A DNA stretch of 64,000 bases, from the NCBI GenBank assembly GCA_964441155.1, contig CAYYKL010000002.1, positions 58,414 to 122,413 on the forward strand, read 5' to 3'. The notes under the pieces are model-generated. The model saw only the letters and a program-made list of their open reading frames with translations, made no database searches and had not been told where the DNA came from. Below are positions 59,645-64,000 of this stretch, piece by piece. The position numbers and the translations under genes are program-made. Each line of letters starts with the position of its first letter. Within the stretch, counting starts at the first letter, position 1. This stretch comes from an uncultured Pseudomonadales bacterium (GTDB lineage Bacteria; Patescibacteriota; Microgenomatia; UBA1400; RBG-16-45-19).

Positions 59645-60511
59645 TTACGGCAAGCTTTCGCACGCTACTCCATCGCCCAATCCCACACTGTCAAGTTTCA
59701 TTGGATCGTTAGTGATCGTGAATCCACAGCCATTAAAGAATGCCTGTGCTGCAGCTTGTGAGCTAAAATCACTACAATCCAAATCTGGTCCGGTGCAAGA
59801 ATTGCCCTGTGCAGGTGCTGATGTTTTTTGAATAGTCTTTGAGGGCACTATAGGAGCAGTGAAGGCTTTTGGAGCTGGAGTCGGAGCCACGGTAATTTGA
59901 CACACATAGGACCAAAGCCCGAGATGATTGTCTCGAGCTTCTCTTTGAGCAGCAACATAGGCTGTCTGGTATTTGTAGGGTTTGTTGTAGGTGTATTCAT
60001 GAGCAAAACCATCCTTAATCATGCTCAGGCCAACATCGGTTCCGTCGTTTAAGAATACGAACCGCAATAATCGCTTGTATTTGTCCTGTTCACCTTGGGT
60101 TGGATCAGCTTCAAGATAAACTGTCTTTCCCGAAACAAACTCTTTCATTTTGTTTGATGCTTCCCTGCCATAGCACTGAACAGGGCTCCTCGGGTCAACG
60201 GTTTCTGGCGTATCTATACCAATAATGCGAATTGTTTCGGTTTTGTTGTTTATAGAGACCTTGATCGTGTCGCCGTCGACCACCGAAACTACCTGAGCTG
60301 GAGTCATCGTTACCGATGGATTTGCCTCAGGCGAAAGCGAGCCAGGATTTGGTTCGCCTGGTGTAATTGTGGGCACCTCTGTTTTCGCTGAATTACTTGA
60401 CTCAAGCGCAGGATTATTTGTGTCAATGTTTGGGGAATTACTATTGATTAAGTAAATCAATAGATTAACCAAAACTAAAACAATCTGATTAATTGTAAGC
60501 ATATTTTCCAA
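59645..60511 (-). CDS. Thermonuclease (SNase) with a C-terminal Excalibur-like domain
   Basis: VVDGDT, IRIIGIDTPE, DKYKRLL and GLW; C-terminal DLDCSDF...GDGVACESLP. Confidence 0.92.
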   Translation of the reverse strand: MENMLTINQIVLVLVNLLIYLINSNSPNIDTNNPALESSNSAKTEVPTITPGEPNPGSLSPEANPSVTMTPAQVVSVVDGDTIKVSINNKTETIRIIGIDTPETVDPRSPVQCYGREASNKMKEFVSGKTVYLEADPTQGEQDKYKRLLRFVFLNDGTDVGLSMIKDGFAHEYTYNKPYKYQTAYVAAQREARDNHLGLWSYVCQITVAPTPAPKAFTAPIVPSKTIQKTSAPAQGNSCTGPDLDCSDFSSQAAAQAFFNGCGFTITNDPMKLDSVGLGDGVACESLP

Positions 60512-60666
60512 ATATCTGTTATTAACTGTTTTACTGAGTCAAAATCAGCAGTATAGCTTCGGCAATTAGATTATCATGATTTCTACGGCGATGCCCGCAA
60601 ACCTTGCAAACACAAAAATCAATCGAAAAAATACAAACTGAGCGGAAGTTGTCGATATATGAAATT

Positions 60667-61383
60667 TTAGTTCTGAGGAATGACTTCAAAGACTATTTTT
60701 TGCGGATCGAGCTGCCTGCTTCCATATATCACTTCAACGCATTCACCTTGCTCAATTGCTTCGAGCTCATCTTTGATTTCATCATTAATCAAAAAAGGTC
60801 CAGTGCCTGAATTTGGAGCATTGACGCCGAACATTGGTTTTTCTTCGTTGTATGCAATATTTCCCTTAGCCCTTATATATGAAGTTATTCCAGGTTTATT
60901 ATATTTTTCGTTGGGCAAATAAATTATCACATTCATTTGAAGCTCATCGTCAACTTCATATGAACGCAATTGTGGGTTGTCGGGTATCAAATCTACTGCT
61001 TTAGTTTCGTCGCCTAATTGATTTTTAGCAATTGATCGAAGAGTGTCACCCGGACCCGTAGTGTATTCTTCTAACAATTCTTTTTTAGGAATTTCGCCTG
61101 TACCATATTCCTTGCAAAAAGCCGGCTCCTTCCCACTTGAGTCAACTTGATTATTATCAGATATTGGTGATGGAGGTTGGGTCACATCGCTTAAGACGTC
61201 AGCGTTTTTTTGCACTTCGATTTTTCCACCGGTTTCGGATATAGATTTATTTACCACAGGATAAGAAAAATAACCTACCAACACTCCAAAAAGCAAAGCG
61301 ACGATCACAGATCCAAAAAGTAAAAATAGATTCCCCTTTGCTGGTGATTGAGCGGCAGGATTTTCGGGAGTTTCGATTGGCAT
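60667..61383 (-). CDS. Membrane-anchored LysM-domain protein
   Basis: TM near the N-terminus; YTTGPGDTLRSIA..LGD.....DL...NPQL......L......LP. Confidence 0.75.
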   Translation of the reverse strand: MPIETPENPAAQSPAKGNLFLLFGSVIVALLFGVLVGYFSYPVVNKSISETGGKIEVQKNADVLSDVTQPPSPISDNNQVDSSGKEPAFCKEYGTGEIPKKELLEEYTTGPGDTLRSIAKNQLGDETKAVDLIPDNPQLRSYEVDDELQMNVIIYLPNEKYNKPGITSYIRAKGNIAYNEEKPMFGVNAPNSGTGPFLINDEIKDELEAIEQGECVEVIYGSRQLDPQKIVFEVIPQN

Positions 61384-61486
61384 AATTGAAGAATATCAGC
61401 CTCTGACAAGTTCCACAACCAGCGCTAAATATCGGAAAACTTAAACTGATCAAAAAAAGATAATTTAAGTTCGATTAGGCTCTAAT

Positions 61487-61561
61487 TGGCTCCCCGGCGA
61501 GGACTCGAACCTCGAACCTTGAAGTTAACAGCTTCCTGCTCTGCCATTGAGCTACCGGGGA
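61487..61561 (-). tRNA. tRNA-Asn(GTT)
   Basis: TCCCCGG TA GCTC AATGGCA GAGC A GGAAG CTGTTAA CTTCA AGGTT CGAGG TTCGAGT CCTCG CCGGGGA G CCA: full cloverleaf with encoded CCA. Confidence 0.96.
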
Positions 61562-61803
61562 ATAATTTGTTTGATGAATTCTCTACCGCGATAACTCTTC
61601 AACTGTTTTTCTCGTTTAAGAGCTTCGCTTCTGGTATTGAACTCTTCAATGTAAAAGAGCTTCCATTCCCCGGAGTATCGAGCTGTATAACTTCTGTCAA
61701 AGCTGTGATTATTATGTGCCAACACTCTCTCAGCTATGTTTTCAGTTTGACCAATGTATATCTTATTATGTTCCTTGTTGAAAAGAGCATATACGTAATA
61801 CAT
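61552..61803 (-). CDS. Stand-alone GIY-YIG nuclease (UPF0213/SLX1-like)
   Basis: YVYAL...YIGQT...R...HN...YT...W...EALKREKQLK; the stop codon lies inside the tRNA-Asn 5' end. Confidence 0.9.
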   Translation of the reverse strand: MYYVYALFNKEHNKIYIGQTENIAERVLAHNNHSFDRSYTARYSGEWKLFYIEEFNTRSEALKREKQLKSYRGREFIKQIIPR

Positions 61804-61804
61804 T

Positions 61805-61864
61805 AAGTTATTATAACTTCCTGCTCTGCCTCCGCCGACTGGCGGAGAGCTACCGGGGAATAAT
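61805..61864 (-). repeat. Modified duplicate of the tRNA-Asn 5' half with an inserted palindrome
   Basis: 61847-61864 equals 61549-61566 (18/18) and 61817-61830 equals 61532-61545 (14/14). TCCGCCAGTCGGCGGA (61831-61846) replaces the D-loop AAT. Confidence 0.9.
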
Positions 61865-62022
61865 ATTTACTTGTTAAACGAAATGTTTCAATTACTAGTT
61901 AGTTTCCCGAATGCCATTGATCCCACAAGGGGACTTCTCCACGCTATTCGCTTGGTGCTAGGCATACTCGGTTGAATACTATTCACTTGTTAAGTGACAC
62001 TTTCTCAAGTACCACGATCTGC

Positions 62023-62031
62023 ATTATATCA
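62023..62031 (-). promoter_or_regulatory. Extended -10 promoter facing the tRNA locus
   Basis: Minus strand TGaTATAAT. Confidence 0.5.
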
Positions 62032-62145
62032 AAGCCGCGCCGCCTGGAAAGGTGCATTTTGTCTTGGGACAACTACTCCATTCACATCTCAATAATTTTG
62101 CGCTAGGATTGCGGCACAATATAAATTACTTAAACAATAAAGGGC

Positions 62146-62544
62146 ATGAAAACCATTCATCAAACCTATCGCTTCGCTGTCGCACCAGAGATAATTTATA
62201 CAGCATATCTGAATGAAAAAACTCATGCTGATTTTACGGGCTCTCTAGCTGAAATTTTCCCTCAAGTTGGCGGAGCAATTTCTGCTTGGGATGGCTATGC
62301 TACCGGCCGATTTGTGACCCTTGAGCCTAACCGCCTAATCAAACAAACCTGGCACGCTGACACTTGGCCAGATGGTTTGGAATCGATGGTCACGATCACG
62401 CTGGACGCGCAAGGTGCGGGCACGCAATTAGAATTGGTCCACGAAAATGTGCCCGATGATGAAGCTGAATCAATTGAACAGGGCTGGATTGATTATTATT
62501 GGGAACCACTCGAGCGCTATTTGCAACAATCCGAGGCCATTTGA
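62146..62544 (+). CDS. SRPBCC/AHSA1-domain protein
   Basis: VGGAISAWDG, IKQTW...W...S.VTI and GWIDYYW. Confidence 0.88.
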   Translation: MKTIHQTYRFAVAPEIIYTAYLNEKTHADFTGSLAEIFPQVGGAISAWDGYATGRFVTLEPNRLIKQTWHADTWPDGLESMVTITLDAQGAGTQLELVHENVPDDEAESIEQGWIDYYWEPLERYLQQSEAI

Positions 62545-63266
62545 CCAAACAACAAGCTGCCGCCACTTTTGATCAAAATGCCATGATGACTCAAGAGTAT
62601 ATGGCGCACGGTGAACGTGTTGGCTGGGCAAGCCACAATAATCCTGTGGACGATCAGAAGGCAGCTCTTCTTTTGGAATTCGTCACTGGGCAGCGATTAC
62701 TTGACGTTGGATGTGCCACTGGCACATATACCAGCCTGGCGTCTCAATTGGGCTCAAGTGTTGGCGTCGATGCCAATCCCTATCTGCTTGAAACAGCGCG
62801 CAACACTCATCCGCACGTGCCGTTTGTGCAGGGCAGTATTTTGCACTTGCCCTTCGCTGACAAATCATTCGACACTACCATTGCCTTTGACATTTTGGAG
62901 CATGTGCCTGAAGCTCAAGCGCTTGAAGAATTAATTCGGGTGACTCAAAAACGCCTGATTTTGTGTGTCCCACACACAACACCTGAGGTGTTAAGCGAAC
63001 TATTCCTGCTCTATGGCCACCATGCCGACATCACTCACTTGCGCACCTATGACCAACAATCGATGCAGCAGGCATTGAAGGCGCACCAATTGACCCCCGT
63101 ATTTCTTCGACCCAGCCATCCCCTCTCAACCGATGCGCTTTTTCTCAATATTTTAGAGGGATCGACCATCTTAAAAAAAACGTTGCGTAAAGCTTGTTTT
63201 GCATTCACTAAACCAAGGCAGTTTTATTCGAATCTCATTGTCGTCGCCGACATTGCAACTCCATGA
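62541..63266 (+). CDS. Class I SAM-dependent methyltransferase
   Basis: LLDVGCATG, LPFADKSFD and DILEHV. Start uncertain; TTG 62541 overlaps the upstream stop. Confidence 0.88.
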   Translation: MTKQQAAATFDQNAMMTQEYMAHGERVGWASHNNPVDDQKAALLLEFVTGQRLLDVGCATGTYTSLASQLGSSVGVDANPYLLETARNTHPHVPFVQGSILHLPFADKSFDTTIAFDILEHVPEAQALEELIRVTQKRLILCVPHTTPEVLSELFLLYGHHADITHLRTYDQQSMQQALKAHQLTPVFLRPSHPLSTDALFLNILEGSTILKKTLRKACFAFTKPRQFYSNLIVVADIATP

Positions 63267-63970
63267 AAAAGCTACCGATCACCTGCATTATTCCTTTCTA
63301 TAACGAAGCCAGTCGGATTCAAGCGGTGCTGAAACAGTTAGTTTCTGTTGCAGGGATTGATGAGATTATTTGCGTTGATGATGGTTCAACTGATACTACT
63401 TCAAAAGAGATTGCCCATACTTTTTCTCACGTTAAAGTCATGCGGCTTGGAAAGAATTCGGGTAAATCGGCAGCCGTGGCAGCAGCACTGCCTGAGATCG
63501 CCTCAACTCATGTCTTGCTCTTTGATGCAGATTTGCATAATTTTTCAGGCACCCAAGTTGTTGAGGCTATTGCTGCCATCGACGAATCAATTGATATGCT
63601 TATCTTTGCCCAAACGCGTGATCCTTGGCTTTTAAAAGCATTGCGCTTTAATATATTGAATTCGGGTGAAAGGATAATAAAAACAAACGTATTGAAAGAA
63701 ATAATTACTACCAAAAAACCAGAACAGTATGCGCTGGAGCCAGTACTAAATCGCTGGTGTTATCAAAAGAAACTAAAGGTCGCCTGGATTCCTTTCGCTT
63801 CGGATAACTACATGAAACTAGAGAAATGGGATGTGTTTTCAGCCATGCTTCGATCAGTGCAATTTTTTCATTCACTTTTCTTTACTCAATCAATGCTCGA
63901 GCTCATTAAAATCCAAAACTACTTTTATCCCAAACAAATCAGTCCTCCCCCATTTACTCAATCAACATAG
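63263..63970 (+). CDS. Glycosyltransferase family 2
   Basis: IIPFYNE, VDDGSTD, NSGKSAA and FDADL. Confidence 0.9.
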   Translation: MKKLPITCIIPFYNEASRIQAVLKQLVSVAGIDEIICVDDGSTDTTSKEIAHTFSHVKVMRLGKNSGKSAAVAAALPEIASTHVLLFDADLHNFSGTQVVEAIAAIDESIDMLIFAQTRDPWLLKALRFNILNSGERIIKTNVLKEIITTKKPEQYALEPVLNRWCYQKKLKVAWIPFASDNYMKLEKWDVFSAMLRSVQFFHSLFFTQSMLELIKIQNYFYPKQISPPPFTQST

Positions 63971-64000
63971 CATCGCCAAAACTGAAGAAGCGATATTGAT

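Noticed and set aside
61486-61806. 106-aa plus-strand ORF (MAPRRGLEPRT...)
   Set aside because: Antisense shadow of tRNA-Asn and the GIY-YIG gene.
61836-61850. GACTGGCGGA resembling a ZTP riboswitch segment
   Set aside because: It is half of the inserted palindrome within a tRNA duplicate; other riboswitch elements and a suitable downstream gene are absent.
61942-61952. CGCTATTCGCT identical to 15863-15873 in the heptamer array
   Set aside because: An isolated 11-mer match is expected by chance in 64 kb, and there is no extended array.
569-63714. Numerous 60-130 aa ORFs antisense to or nested in called genes
   Set aside because: They overlap well-supported CDSs and show no motifs; treated as shadow ORFs.

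Overview
A gene-dense, roughly 40-45% GC (by eye) bacterial chromosome segment that translates cleanly in the standard code. Gene content and style suggest Patescibacteria/CPR, probably Microgenomates-like; this is inference. Main blocks are a CsoR-controlled copper-efflux operon, tgt, a SUF Fe-S operon (sufC-sufB-sufD-sufS-sufU) with a passenger gene after every core gene, and a divergent dinB / SRAP damage-tolerance pair with a LexA-like direct repeat. These are followed by a long run of housekeeping and detoxification genes, a DEAD-box helicase, DipZ plus thioredoxin, a divergent IMPDH-family enzyme, hflX, envelope glycosylation and surface genes, small stress-membrane genes and tRNA-Asn(GTT). 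Two structures stand out. (1) A GIY-YIG nuclease gene lies between an intact tRNA-Asn and a remodelled copy of that tRNA's 5' half, in which a 16-nt GC hairpin replaces part of the D-loop and the anticodon loop has become a TATAAT box. (2) Three 7-nt-periodic repeat arrays form nested inverted repeats around a four-helix-bundle gene and a NUDIX gene inside the suf operon. I also found two CDSs missing from the ORF track, one nonsense-interrupted gene, many apparent leaderless promoters and a shared 11-bp-period motif upstream of stress genes. No CRISPR array, rRNA, integrase or transposase was seen. All family calls come from motif recognition, not database searches.
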